From a virus: 64,000 bases of DNA. The stretch spans positions 1 to 64,000 of the IMG/VR virus record IMGVR_UViG_3300048919_000048; one strand, given 5' to 3'. A model generated the notes under the pieces. The model saw nothing but the letters and a program-made list of their open reading frames with translations. It was not told the origin of the DNA and ran no database searches. A program made the translations under genes and the position numbers. This document shows positions 25,863 through 35,065 of this stretch, piece by piece (position 1 is the first letter of the stretch; each line of letters begins with the position of its first letter).

Positions 25863-27416
25863 TTAGTTAATATACTTGTCGAAGTCAATGGCATTCCCGA
25901 AAGGTGGCTCCCAATCCTGACCATGACGACCAAGGATGACCCACAAAGTTTTAGGCCCGTACTTCTTGGCCCAATCCTTCGTTTTGGACACATCGGAGAA
26001 ATACCCATCGGTATAAATAACCACTTGATCCGTCTCATGCTTACGGGAATCAAGCTCCTCGAAAACACACTTCACGTCTGTGCCGAACGTCGTTTTGATC
26101 TTATAGTCAGAGATCTCTTTGACGTTCTTCTTCGTATATGACTTGACTTCCCCGACTTCTGTGGACCAGCAGGCCAGGGTCACCTCAAAATCGTCATACT
26201 GGTTACAAAGTCCCTTGATCTCACGGATCGTGGGCTTCAGTAGGCTGTCATTAAAAGATCCGGACACGTCAAAGAAAATGTCCGCCCTGATTGTCTTCGC
26301 CTTGCTGTGCGATGGCAGGCCGATCGTCTGCCGGGTACTGAGATACCCTGCCTTCCGCAAAGATCGCGTCAGGGAGTAGCTACGGCGGCTTAAACGACGA
26401 TATGTCACGTTGTCTTTGAACAAGCGCTCAATGGTCCGGCGCAACAGGCGAAGATAGTTGATCTTCGGTTTACCTGACTCCTCTATAAACTTACGGGCAT
26501 CCGGCGGCGCTCCCGACCCCGCTGCCTGCACAGCATTCTCGATGGCACGACGCATAACCGTGTCATTGTAATTCTTCTGGTCTTGGGTCAAAGGCTTGAT
26601 TGCCCCGGGATCTGTACCCATTGCTTTGGACAGACCATCCTCACCTTCCGGGCGGTCAAATGTACCATCTGGATTTGGGTGCTGATCGGTGCCGATCTGG
26701 CCCTGTGCGGAGCCTTTCTGGTCACTCTTGTCCCCACCTGTGCCACTTCCACCGCTACCACCCATCGGCGGAGGTGGAGGGGTGTTCTTAATCAGCAAAT
26801 CATAGATCTGCTCTGCGTACATGTCCACATACTGGAAGTCGCAGTAACCCCATTTCATGAAACCAAACTCTTTGTTTGGATCAAACACAGTTTTATCACC
26901 AAGCGGGAACCAGGCGGTGCCCATGGCATCGGCCTTGGTGTGGCTGAGTACCGCATTCGTATTGATACGGTGATCCGCTGCGATGTTGAACACATCAAAG
27001 TTGAAGCCTTTCCCACGGTACATGTGGTCAGACACGACGTGATCACACTCGTGCTCCAGTACCAATGCCACTTCACGGGCAGTCTTTTTGCGGTAGAAGA
27101 CATCCACCATTAGCTTCATGTCGTCAGCCTTGGCCTTATCGAGACCCATCTTGTCGATGCGCCCCTTGACAATAGCTTTTCGCTTATCACACATCCCGGC
27201 AATAAACTCCGGGGAGTAATACAGGTTTCGGCCATCAGTAGCCATGGTGTTGATGGTTTCTGTTGCACGGGTCAGTGGCATGGATGCCAGCATTACGCCG
27301 TAAAACGGCTTGTACCGCATCAGTTGCAGGCTTGCCGCCTCAAGGATCTTCTCAGCTTCATCTGTGGCAGCATTGGCAAGCTCAAGCTCTTCTGCACTCA
27401 TAATATCGTCGAACAT
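25863..27416 (-). CDS. HExxH metallopeptidase-like / VWA domain protein (DUF2201 type)
   Basis: TMATDG, HECDH, Pro/Gly linker, MIDAS DVSGS and YTDG; GGAGG RBS at ATG 27416. Confidence 0.85.
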   Translation of the reverse strand: MFDDIMSAEELELANAATDEAEKILEAASLQLMRYKPFYGVMLASMPLTRATETINTMATDGRNLYYSPEFIAGMCDKRKAIVKGRIDKMGLDKAKADDMKLMVDVFYRKKTAREVALVLEHECDHVVSDHMYRGKGFNFDVFNIAADHRINTNAVLSHTKADAMGTAWFPLGDKTVFDPNKEFGFMKWGYCDFQYVDMYAEQIYDLLIKNTPPPPPMGGSGGSGTGGDKSDQKGSAQGQIGTDQHPNPDGTFDRPEGEDGLSKAMGTDPGAIKPLTQDQKNYNDTVMRRAIENAVQAAGSGAPPDARKFIEESGKPKINYLRLLRRTIERLFKDNVTYRRLSRRSYSLTRSLRKAGYLSTRQTIGLPSHSKAKTIRADIFFDVSGSFNDSLLKPTIREIKGLCNQYDDFEVTLACWSTEVGEVKSYTKKNVKEISDYKIKTTFGTDVKCVFEELDSRKHETDQVVIYTDGYFSDVSKTKDWAKKYGPKTLWVILGRHGQDWEPPFGNAIDFDKYIN

Positions 27417-27428
27417 ATTTCCTCCAAA

Positions 27429-27465
27429 AGAAAAAGGGGCCATCCCGAAAGATGACCCCATTTTA
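27429..27465 (-). terminator. terminator between ATPase and VWA genes
   Basis: GGGGTCATC-TTTCGG-GATGGCCCC-TTTTTCTTTT on minus strand. Confidence 0.65.
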
Positions 27466-27483
27466 TCAGTTCAGGATTGACTG

Positions 27484-28710
27484 TCAAGCTTTAACTTGGA
27501 AGTCTTCCATAATTTTACCGTAGCGAGTCTGATACTCGATTACGAGATCCGCCACAGAGGAACAGTGCTTACGCAGCATCGGGATCATCTTCTCGCGTCG
27601 AGGGTTCTGAAGCAGAATTGGCTGCTCCCCATCCTTCGGCGCACGGAAGATACCGATCATCAGTGCAATCAACGTATCCTTGTTGGTCTGATAGTAGTTG
27701 CTGAACATAAAGTTCATGAAGTTAGAGGCACGTTGGATGAAGTCCTCGTCATTCAGGCTATTATCCATGACCTCTTTCTCCAGGTGACGGAGACAGGTTT
27801 GTGCCAGTACATACACCAGGTCGTTCTTCTCACGTGGCAGGTGGTGTTTAGTCTCCTTGCCAGAGAAGATGTCTTCCACCTTCGGCAGTTCAGCCGCACG
27901 TAAATGGTACGCCATCACAGACGTTTCTAGACCTTCACCTACGGTGCCTGCGATGGCAATTTCAGTGATGAATTCATCTTTGGTCTTCTCGTAATCAAAC
28001 AGGATGTCTGATGTGGTTTTCCACTGACGAGGAGATGCAAATACGCCGTTGTCTGGACGGTTTACAACGTCACCCGTGTAGAAATGTTCCGGGAACTGCT
28101 TCAGGAAGCCGATGATATGCGGGTGCAGTTTGAACGGCACAGCATAGTCTTCAATCCACACATCCAGGTTGTATTCAACTTCACACACGATCATACGGTT
28201 GATCAGCGGACCCGGCATTTCAGTAGTGCCAGCATTATCGGTAGAACGGTTACCCGCGCCTACGAACACACAGCCTTTAGGGAACTTGAAGTTACCCGCC
28301 ATGTGGTCCAGAATTACCTGATACGCCGAGTGCTGGGTGCCCAGAATGGCGTTAGGAAGTTCATCAAGGAAGATGATACCTTCCCAGTTTGGATCGGTAG
28401 GCCAGAAGTCCGGCACCGCATACATGGTACGGACAGTACCGTCCTGCATCTCGATCGGGAGCGGGATACCCGCGATGTCCTGAGGCTCTTTGTCCGACAG
28501 ACGAACGTCACACAGGTTATCGCCGATGCGATGTGGGAACATCTTGTTGGCAATCTGACGCATCTTTTCTGATTTACCCAGGCCAGCACCGCCATAGAAG
28601 AAGGTGGTCTTGCCGATGCGAGCACCCAGCATTACCATATCTTCCATCTGACGAATGGAAATGCGCTTCTGGAACATCGTCTGTTTTTCACGTTGGTACG
28701 TCTTCTGCAT
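27484..28710 (-). CDS. MoxR-like AAA+ ATPase
   Basis: Walker A GGAGLGKS, Walker B IIFLDE, AGN sensor, SPR; adjacent VWA partner. Confidence 0.88.
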   Translation of the reverse strand: MQKTYQREKQTMFQKRISIRQMEDMVMLGARIGKTTFFYGGAGLGKSEKMRQIANKMFPHRIGDNLCDVRLSDKEPQDIAGIPLPIEMQDGTVRTMYAVPDFWPTDPNWEGIIFLDELPNAILGTQHSAYQVILDHMAGNFKFPKGCVFVGAGNRSTDNAGTTEMPGPLINRMIVCEVEYNLDVWIEDYAVPFKLHPHIIGFLKQFPEHFYTGDVVNRPDNGVFASPRQWKTTSDILFDYEKTKDEFITEIAIAGTVGEGLETSVMAYHLRAAELPKVEDIFSGKETKHHLPREKNDLVYVLAQTCLRHLEKEVMDNSLNDEDFIQRASNFMNFMFSNYYQTNKDTLIALMIGIFRAPKDGEQPILLQNPRREKMIPMLRKHCSSVADLVIEYQTRYGKIMEDFQVKA

Positions 28711-28744
28711 CTGAAAATCTCCTCTTTGTTGTTAATGAGGGCCA

Positions 28745-28772
28745 TTATACATGGCCCGTTCGTGAAGTCAAT
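28745..28772 (-). promoter_or_regulatory. sigma70 promoter with -10 inside a hairpin
   Basis: TTGACT-N16-TATAAT; GGGCCAT...ATGGCCC flanks the -10. Confidence 0.65.
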
Positions 28773-28777
28773 ACTTT

Positions 28778-29392
28778 TTATCCACCAAAAGAACTGCTGC
28801 TTCGACCAACTGAAGAACCAAACCCACCACGGGTGGTTGTCTTGGACGAAGAGAAGCCTGATTTGGAACCAGACCAAGTGGATCGTGGTGCCTCTACCTT
28901 CGGCTTAATGGCAGATTTTGTCACCTTAAATGACTTGCCCGGCTTGATGTCGTAAGAGCGGGCCTTGTTGTCAACCCACTTCCCAGATCGGCTCTGGTAC
29001 ATCGGGGCAGCATGATAGGAGTTGCTTGACCCCATCATATTGCCTAGCATGTAACCCATCATCAGGGGCATCCACGGGGACTCCCCGCCCGTGCTGGCAG
29101 CAGCGGCAGAGTTGTGCTGGCACATATTGCCAAACTCTTCGTAGCACTCAGCATAGGTGCCGAATTTAGGCGCGGTCTCTGCCGCAACCTTTTGGGCTTC
29201 CTTCTCTGCTGTTTTGCACTGCTCCAGAGTATTGCCGCTCTCTTTGGCACACTGCTCGGAGTTCGTGTACAGCTTCACCGTCTCGTCAGCTTTCTCACAG
29301 CCGGAGAGGGTGAAAGTAACAGCCGCCGCCACTGCAAACCCAATGAAAGATTTGCGGAAGCGGGACTTATTCATCACTTTGGTACGCTTCAT
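28778..29392 (-). CDS. ygiB: YgiB-like DUF1190 lipoprotein
   Basis: MKRTK start, LSGC lipobox, CEKADETV, WMPLMMGYM, TRGGFG, terminal GG match enterobacterial YgiB. Confidence 0.88.
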   Translation of the reverse strand: MKRTKVMNKSRFRKSFIGFAVAAAVTFTLSGCEKADETVKLYTNSEQCAKESGNTLEQCKTAEKEAQKVAAETAPKFGTYAECYEEFGNMCQHNSAAAASTGGESPWMPLMMGYMLGNMMGSSNSYHAAPMYQSRSGKWVDNKARSYDIKPGKSFKVTKSAIKPKVEAPRSTWSGSKSGFSSSKTTTRGGFGSSVGRSSSSFGG

Positions 29393-29393
29393 C

Positions 29394-29924
29394 TTAACCC
29401 CATGCTTTCAGGCCGTAACGCCCGGTAAAGAAGATTTCGTTATCCTGGAAGATGCCATCCGGGTTCTTGCGGAACAGATCCATGTAGTAATCTCGGACTG
29501 CATCCCACTCCTTCTTATCGAAGTACACCACAGCCTCTCCAGTACCCACCACGCCGTCTTTATAACCGTCAGACACCTTACCCATCACCCGGACGGTGGC
29601 CTTTTTACGGTGGATACGGACGTTCTCGTGATATCCGGCGCAACCGCCGTGACCACAAGAACAGGTAAAGAACGTGTTCCACGTCCAACCGTCCTGATAA
29701 TCGCCCTTGTAGCCCGGCTTCATTGCCTGAAGGAAGTAGTACATGCAGTACGTCTCCTCCGGCTCCTTACCGTTGATCAGGCAACCCAAACGGGTGATAG
29801 GGTATTGCTTGTCCTCTTCAAGGTCCAACCAATCACCATCGTCCATAACCTCGGCACTGCCGTAGCGGTCAGGGCACCCGAGGTATGTGGAGACCGCAGG
29901 TTTAATGCTCAGTGTCTTTTTCAT
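29394..29924 (-). CDS. hypothetical Cys-motif protein
   Basis: FTCSCGHGGCAG motif. Confidence 0.75.
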   Translation of the reverse strand: MKKTLSIKPAVSTYLGCPDRYGSAEVMDDGDWLDLEEDKQYPITRLGCLINGKEPEETYCMYYFLQAMKPGYKGDYQDGWTWNTFFTCSCGHGGCAGYHENVRIHRKKATVRVMGKVSDGYKDGVVGTGEAVVYFDKKEWDAVRDYYMDLFRKNPDGIFQDNEIFFTGRYGLKAWG

Positions 29925-30109
29925 TCCGGCTCCACAAAAATTTTCAGGGTTTGTTCGAGGCGACCATAGATATGAATCAGGTCGCGGACAAAGTAACGCT
30001 CACCACGGATTACCACGACCTCGTTTTTGCGAGGACATACGAATGTCGCATTGATGCGCTCATCCAGTAGTTGAACTTCATTAATACCCGTTACGATTTC
30101 AAGTTTCAT
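29921..30109 (-). CDS. hypothetical protein
   Basis: GGAGG RBS; ATGA overlap. Confidence 0.6.
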   Translation of the reverse strand: MKLEIVTGINEVQLLDERINATFVCPRKNEVVVIRGERYFVRDLIHIYGRLEQTLKIFVEPE

Positions 30110-30258
30110 TTTCCCAAACCTCCCATTCCAGATCCATTAAAAAGCAGGACTCACAGTCATCGTCGAAGACGTAAGCCTGACGTTCACCCAACGTAAAGCC
30201 GTAGACGTGGTAGGGCTTGTCGTCAGTAAATTTATGCCCCAACGGGGCATCAGTAATC

Positions 30259-30822
30259 TTAATTTTCATCGTATGCACACTCCATTATTGCCTTCACTTG
30301 TTCATCACGGGCAGAGAAATAATCGCCCGGGAAAGAGAACATGCTCAGATGGTTATCTTCGTACCATGCGATCATGTCTTTAATCTGCATGTGCATTTTA
30401 TGATACTTCTGGATTCGCTGCAAGTCTTTTTTACGCAGTCCTTTCAGACGACGGATATCGGTGTTGTGACGCAAGTCTGCCAGCTTAACACGGCAGGCAT
30501 CATAACTCTCCAGGACACCCTTCAGATATTCGTCGTGGGTCTGACCTTCTACCTTGGTGAGCCGGGCGATCCCGGAGATAACCCTGTTGGACATACCCAG
30601 CCGTTCCAAATCACAGGGTTGTACCGGAGTATCTTCAACGATGTCGTGACCCACGGCAATACAGTTCAGTTCGTCATCATCCTTTACTTTAAGGTAGTGC
30701 ATTACCTTCAGGACGTGCAGAACATAAGGACGCCCGCCCTTATCAAACTGTCGCATGTGGTGTGTCGCCGCTAACTTAATCATCATGGCAAGCTGCTCTG
30801 CCGGGGATAATACTTTGTTCAT
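30259..30822 (-). CDS. HD-domain hydrolase, small alarmone hydrolase (SpoT HD/Mesh1-like)
   Basis: H..Q.DKGGRPY..H, HDIVEDT, VKLADLRHN. Confidence 0.85.
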   Translation of the reverse strand: MNKVLSPAEQLAMMIKLAATHHMRQFDKGGRPYVLHVLKVMHYLKVKDDDELNCIAVGHDIVEDTPVQPCDLERLGMSNRVISGIARLTKVEGQTHDEYLKGVLESYDACRVKLADLRHNTDIRRLKGLRKKDLQRIQKYHKMHMQIKDMIAWYEDNHLSMFSFPGDYFSARDEQVKAIMECAYDEN

Positions 30823-30883
30823 GGTGTTCTCCTTTGGTTAATGTGGGGCATAAGGTAGCATGAAGAAAAATACAATTCAAGGG

Positions 30884-30912
30884 TTGATTTCTTGATCGAG
30901 ACCCTATATAGT
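30884..30912 (+). promoter_or_regulatory. promoter at the strand switch driving the main rightward operon
   Basis: TTGATT-N17-TATAGT; spacer contains GATCGAGACCC. Confidence 0.65.
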
Positions 30913-30942
30913 TCACACATCACTGACGAAGAGGAACGATAA

Positions 30943-31149
30943 ATGTTGAGAATGAAAGAAGAAGACTTCAAAAAATTACTGCTGATCGCCACCACTATCG
31001 AGAATCTCCAGAACCTCGGCTTCCATCCCGGCAAATGCCCGGAAGTCCTTGAGGACCTATATGGTAAGTACGGGGCATATGTAAAGCACATGTCCCCGGC
31101 GGATTTGTTGGCATTCGCTCAATTTATGAAAGGAGAGGGGAATGTTTGA
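30943..31149 (+). CDS. hypothetical protein
   Basis: GAGGA RBS. Confidence 0.65.
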   Translation: MLRMKEEDFKKLLLIATTIENLQNLGFHPGKCPEVLEDLYGKYGAYVKHMSPADLLAFAQFMKGEGNV

Positions 31150-31672
31150 GCGCACAGAAGATCGAGATGAAGAGCATGTGGATGAACGTGCAAAGGGGTT
31201 CTTCAGTTGGTCCTACGGTCGTGGAAATACACGCGGATGGGATTCAACCAAAGAGGGTCTCCGCCCTACTGCCACAATAGGAAGTGGTGATGGATTCCGT
31301 GCTTGTGCCTATTGTGGGCGGCAGGCATTACCGATCCAAGAGAAGCGTTGGGACAATTTCGAAGAGCGTTACGAATATATTAAGAAAGGCCACTGTTGTG
31401 TCTGCAAAGATGCAATGGACGAACTGGAAATGATGGACCAAGTTGATATCATTACCAAACAGTTCAATGCTGCCATCAGTAAGTGCCACCAGGCTATGCC
31501 GAAGACAAATCCAGACGTTCTTTTTGCCTTGGTTGACAGACAGCATGAAGAGAAGAAAAAGTCATTGCGTTTTTGGAATAATGATGGCAGAATTTCCCCA
31601 CACTCCTTGAGCGACTTCAATATGAACCTCAAGGGTAGTCGATACGCTAACGGCGATGAGGATTATGACTGA
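31142..31672 (+). CDS. hypothetical Zn-finger-like protein
   Basis: CAYC...CCVC motifs. Confidence 0.75.
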   Translation: MFERTEDRDEEHVDERAKGFFSWSYGRGNTRGWDSTKEGLRPTATIGSGDGFRACAYCGRQALPIQEKRWDNFEERYEYIKKGHCCVCKDAMDELEMMDQVDIITKQFNAAISKCHQAMPKTNPDVLFALVDRQHEEKKKSLRFWNNDGRISPHSLSDFNMNLKGSRYANGDEDYD

Positions 31673-31896
31673 TGATTTATACTATTGTTGACGAAGGGTA
31701 CAACATCACTGTATCCAAAACCCAAAAACGCTTGGCTATTCTTTTAGATGGTTTCTTCCTTGAGGACGGAACCCCGGTAAGTGAGCGGACAGTGAGTCGC
31801 CAGCTTTCCAAAAACACCGTATTCTACGTGTATTCTTCGGATGAGACTCGCCACTGGTCAGAGGAATGGCACTACCGGGTGGAGTGCCACAAATGA
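31672..31896 (+). CDS. hypothetical protein
   Basis: TGATG coupling. Confidence 0.65.
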   Translation: MIYTIVDEGYNITVSKTQKRLAILLDGFFLEDGTPVSERTVSRQLSKNTVFYVYSSDETRHWSEEWHYRVECHK

Positions 31897-32192
31897 AAGA
31901 AAAATTAATCTTTTTGTGGAAACGGTTCTTCCCTGACCCCATTGACACCAACCCAGAACACTTTGATGCTTGGTTCCAGCACAAGATTGGACAAGGGTTG
32001 AAGGGTGGGGATGTGTATTTCGCCATCCGGGAGGAGGGAGGCACCAAGCTCCCAACCTTGAACAAAAAGTTCCAGTTGTTCAAGGAACTTGAAAATGCAG
32101 AAAGGTTCAGAAAAGAGTTGCAACGCGATAATCCTCATGTTACATTGGAGATCGTGGTTGCAAGAGCATTTTACTCATTCCCGGAGGTATAA
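31893..32192 (+). CDS. hypothetical protein
   Basis: ATG 31893 overlaps upstream stop. Confidence 0.65.
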   Translation: MKEKLIFLWKRFFPDPIDTNPEHFDAWFQHKIGQGLKGGDVYFAIREEGGTKLPTLNKKFQLFKELENAERFRKELQRDNPHVTLEIVVARAFYSFPEV

Positions 32193-32422
32193 TGAAAATT
32201 AACGAGCCAGAACGTATCAATCTGCGTCTGTCCAATGCGCCAAAAACCAACGAACCGGACAAGCGCCTTATCGGCTTTGTGATCGACAAGGATGAGTTGG
32301 AATGCATGGGGCTGTTCTCCGACACACTGGAGAAATATTGTGTCTTGCTGCTGCAATCGCGTGGCTACAAGGTGAATAAGAAAAAGGTCAATGACCGTTT
32401 AACTATTGAGGGGACAGAATGA
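32192..32422 (+). CDS. hypothetical protein
   Basis: TAATG coupling, GGAGG RBS. Confidence 0.65.
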   Translation: MKINEPERINLRLSNAPKTNEPDKRLIGFVIDKDELECMGLFSDTLEKYCVLLLQSRGYKVNKKKVNDRLTIEGTE

Positions 32423-32691
32423 AACGTACACGTTTGGTATTGATGGCGGCGCTGATGGGCTTTGCCTTGGCTGGCTGTGATGCCGTCACCAAAGAAAAAA
32501 CTGAGAACTACATCATGCCAAAAGACTTGGCAGATAAGTCTTGCAAGGTCTACCGTATGGAAGGTGAAGGTGGCAACCAAACCCTGACGGTCGTATACTG
32601 CCCCGGCGCACAGGTGACCACCAGTACGTACCAGAACAAGCAGAATTACGACACCACCGTGATCGATCGGAGCGTGGACTATGGTTACTGA
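32419..32691 (+). CDS. putative lipoprotein
   Basis: signal peptide with LAGC lipobox. Confidence 0.75.
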   Translation: MKRTRLVLMAALMGFALAGCDAVTKEKTENYIMPKDLADKSCKVYRMEGEGGNQTLTVVYCPGAQVTTSTYQNKQNYDTTVIDRSVDYGY

Positions 32692-32962
32692 AGAGATCGA
32701 ACTGGATCATCTGGGACTTTACTTCGGGAAAGAACTCTGTCAGCATGATCGCTGGGCGATAAAGAATTTCGGGATGCCGAAATACCGTTGCGGTACGCCA
32801 GTGGCTATCTGCGGCGGAGACTCCTCTACAGAGGGTCATGAGTTTGTAGTGGAAGGGATGTTTTGGTCGGACTTACTTCACTCTTGGGTGTATTATGTCC
32901 CGACGTACAATTTCTATCAATGTGAGTCTGATCTAAGGGAGACCTATGGAAGCTTTAATTAA
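32681..32962 (+). CDS. hypothetical protein
   Basis: 93 aa packed ORF. Confidence 0.65.
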   Translation: MVTEEIELDHLGLYFGKELCQHDRWAIKNFGMPKYRCGTPVAICGGDSSTEGHEFVVEGMFWSDLLHSWVYYVPTYNFYQCESDLRETYGSFN

Positions 32963-33209
32963 TTTCTTCACCATCACCCCGCCTGAAGCACTGCTGTTTG
33001 TTCTGACGTTCGGCGTTATTGGCATCGCCATCGGTTGGGTAAATGAAGTGTTTGCGACAGCTCGTCGTATTCGCTACCTGTTCAGCCCGGCAACACGGGG
33101 TCTGTTCACCTGGCACACGGCGGTGTGGATGCCTGTGCGCCTGTTCGTGATTGTTATCCTCCCGCAAGTCCTCTTCCAATTATTCACCGAAGTATTAAAA
33201 TTCGGTTGA
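32946..33209 (+). CDS. membrane protein
   Basis: two TM segments. Confidence 0.65.
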   Translation: MEALINFFTITPPEALLFVLTFGVIGIAIGWVNEVFATARRIRYLFSPATRGLFTWHTAVWMPVRLFVIVILPQVLFQLFTEVLKFG

Positions 33210-33240
33210 CAGTAAGAAACGGGGCCTGTAATATGGCCCC
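33206..33240 (+). promoter_or_regulatory. sigma70 promoter with -10 in a GGGGCC hairpin loop
   Basis: TTGACA-N17-TAATAT; GGGGCC-TGTAATAT-GGCCCC. Confidence 0.65.
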
Positions 33241-33266
33241 ATACCAACACAAATGAGGAAACACCA

Positions 33267-34424
33267 ATGAACAATTACAAATCCCAAGGTCAGACTTTCG
33301 AAGAAGCCCGTGCAAACATGGACGAAGGTATCTTTGTCGAAGACCCATTCTTCAAGAATCACTTGGAAAATATTCGCAAGCAGCGTGAGATGGGCTTGGG
33401 ATTTGATATGGACAAGGTGAAGGAGATTGTCGGATGGGCCTGTGATTTTGGTTGTGACAGCCCTCAGGCTGTACGCAGGGCTATTCTTGACATGGACCAA
33501 CTCCGGGCTGTACACGGTGCAAAAACTGAAGTCCAAGCCGATCAGTTAATGGACATGATCACCATGCTTCCACCACACACGGCAGCGGATGGCGAGTTTG
33601 TTTCCTTCGAGGTACTGAAAGGCCGCAGCCCAACCGGGCGTTTGGAGTACCAGTTCCTGCCGGATCTGCACCAGATGCCGCGCGTGAACAAGACGTATAT
33701 GCCACCAAAAGAGGGTGATGCCTTTATCTGTATGGAGAGTGAGATCGATTGGTCTCGTTTGGAGCAACTTTGCAAGGCGGATGTTCCACGCCCGGACCTG
33801 CATATTTCCGGAGACGACCCGGCTATTAAGGCACGTAAGCATCCGATGATCTTCAAGATCACCGACTTGGTGGAAGAAGAACAAGAGATGAAGCGCCTGC
33901 AAGAGACCTTAGAACGCAACAAGCAGACTGAAGAGATGATAGGCTGGCCTGCTCCGCCTATGTTCATCGAAGCAATCCCCGATGCCAACATTGTAGCCCG
34001 GGCGGCAGCAGATGTAATGTCTGAGTTGACAGCGCTCGCAAGAAAGTATAAAGTGCAGATCTACTTCGGCACCAAGCCCGCATTAAAGACAGCCTTGTAC
34101 TCTTTGATGTACGGTGCCAAGAAAGAAGACCTCGACATGTCGCAGCTTGACGAGATCTCTGTGGAGAAGGCCATAGAGATGTATGAAAGCAAGCTCCGCA
34201 AGGTTGCTATTGTAGGTGGCGGCGGACTTGGTTTTGGGAAGATGGCGAAGCTGTTAGCTGACCACTACAGTTCAGAAACAGTCTGTATTGATTCTATGGA
34301 TACGTGGAACCTGGAAGATTTCTTCGCTATCTCTAAGATAGATAAACCTGCCCGTGATTGGGAGCAAAGCAAGCTCCGTCGTGGAAAGGGTCACAACAAA
34401 TTTAAACGTAAGGGGAAGAAATAA
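33267..34424 (+). CDS. hypothetical protein with PolA-like and other motif fragments
   Basis: 385 aa; GAGGA RBS; SPTGRL, KTALYSLMYGA, VAIVGGGGLG, basic tail. Confidence 0.8.
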   Translation: MNNYKSQGQTFEEARANMDEGIFVEDPFFKNHLENIRKQREMGLGFDMDKVKEIVGWACDFGCDSPQAVRRAILDMDQLRAVHGAKTEVQADQLMDMITMLPPHTAADGEFVSFEVLKGRSPTGRLEYQFLPDLHQMPRVNKTYMPPKEGDAFICMESEIDWSRLEQLCKADVPRPDLHISGDDPAIKARKHPMIFKITDLVEEEQEMKRLQETLERNKQTEEMIGWPAPPMFIEAIPDANIVARAAADVMSELTALARKYKVQIYFGTKPALKTALYSLMYGAKKEDLDMSQLDEISVEKAIEMYESKLRKVAIVGGGGLGFGKMAKLLADHYSSETVCIDSMDTWNLEDFFAISKIDKPARDWEQSKLRRGKGHNKFKRKGKK

Positions 34425-34669
34425 TGGAAAAGTATCTCGAAGTTGAAGAGAACACCGAGTTCTACCATGGTCGTGCAGAAGTGATGGAATCCCTGTGCAA
34501 TCCCGGCATGGTCTTGATTCAACTGTGGATGAATGACAAGACAGACGGTTCCCGTGACAGTGCGGGTATCCGCCTGACCCGTGAGCAGGCCCGCCAGGTA
34601 GCCAACCACCTGAATGACCTGGCAGATAACCTGTTTTTTGAGGAGCAGAGATCCCATGGAAATGAATGA
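34424..34669 (+). CDS. hypothetical protein
   Basis: TAATG coupling. Confidence 0.65.
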   Translation: MEKYLEVEENTEFYHGRAEVMESLCNPGMVLIQLWMNDKTDGSRDSAGIRLTREQARQVANHLNDLADNLFFEEQRSHGNE

Positions 34670-34862
34670 TTTTGTTGGTAAGCCACTTGCAATCGACGAC
34701 GAAGTGGTGTTTACTGAATACAACCGTCACGGGATGACCCGTGGCAAGATTGTCGGCTTCTCGAAGTCTTTGCACATGGCGATCATCGAGTACATCTCTG
34801 AAGGCGGTGCGGTTCGCAAGACAAAGAAAACTTCGGGCTACGTAGTGAGGGTGGTGAAATGA
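34656..34862 (+). CDS. small SH3-like hypothetical protein
   Basis: DFVGKPLAIDDEVVF motif shared with 42713 and 53043. Confidence 0.65.
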   Translation: MEMNDFVGKPLAIDDEVVFTEYNRHGMTRGKIVGFSKSLHMAIIEYISEGGAVRKTKKTSGYVVRVVK

Positions 34863-35065
34863 GTAAGGCTCAGATTTTGTTTTCTGTTAATGACCCGTGG
34901 GGTCATCTCTCAAACAACGACCTGAACTTTGAAAATCATGCCCGTCTTAAAAACGGGGATATTTACCCAAATAAATTTTTCCCACGAGGGAAAAGCTATT
35001 GGAATCTATACGCTGTCCAGTGCGACAGCAAGGTAGCCAAAGAGGAGGCTGCACGTTATGACTAA
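34859..35065 (+). CDS. hypothetical protein
   Basis: ATGA overlap. Confidence 0.6.
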   Translation: MSKAQILFSVNDPWGHLSNNDLNFENHARLKNGDIYPNKFFPRGKSYWNLYAVQCDSKVAKEEAARYD

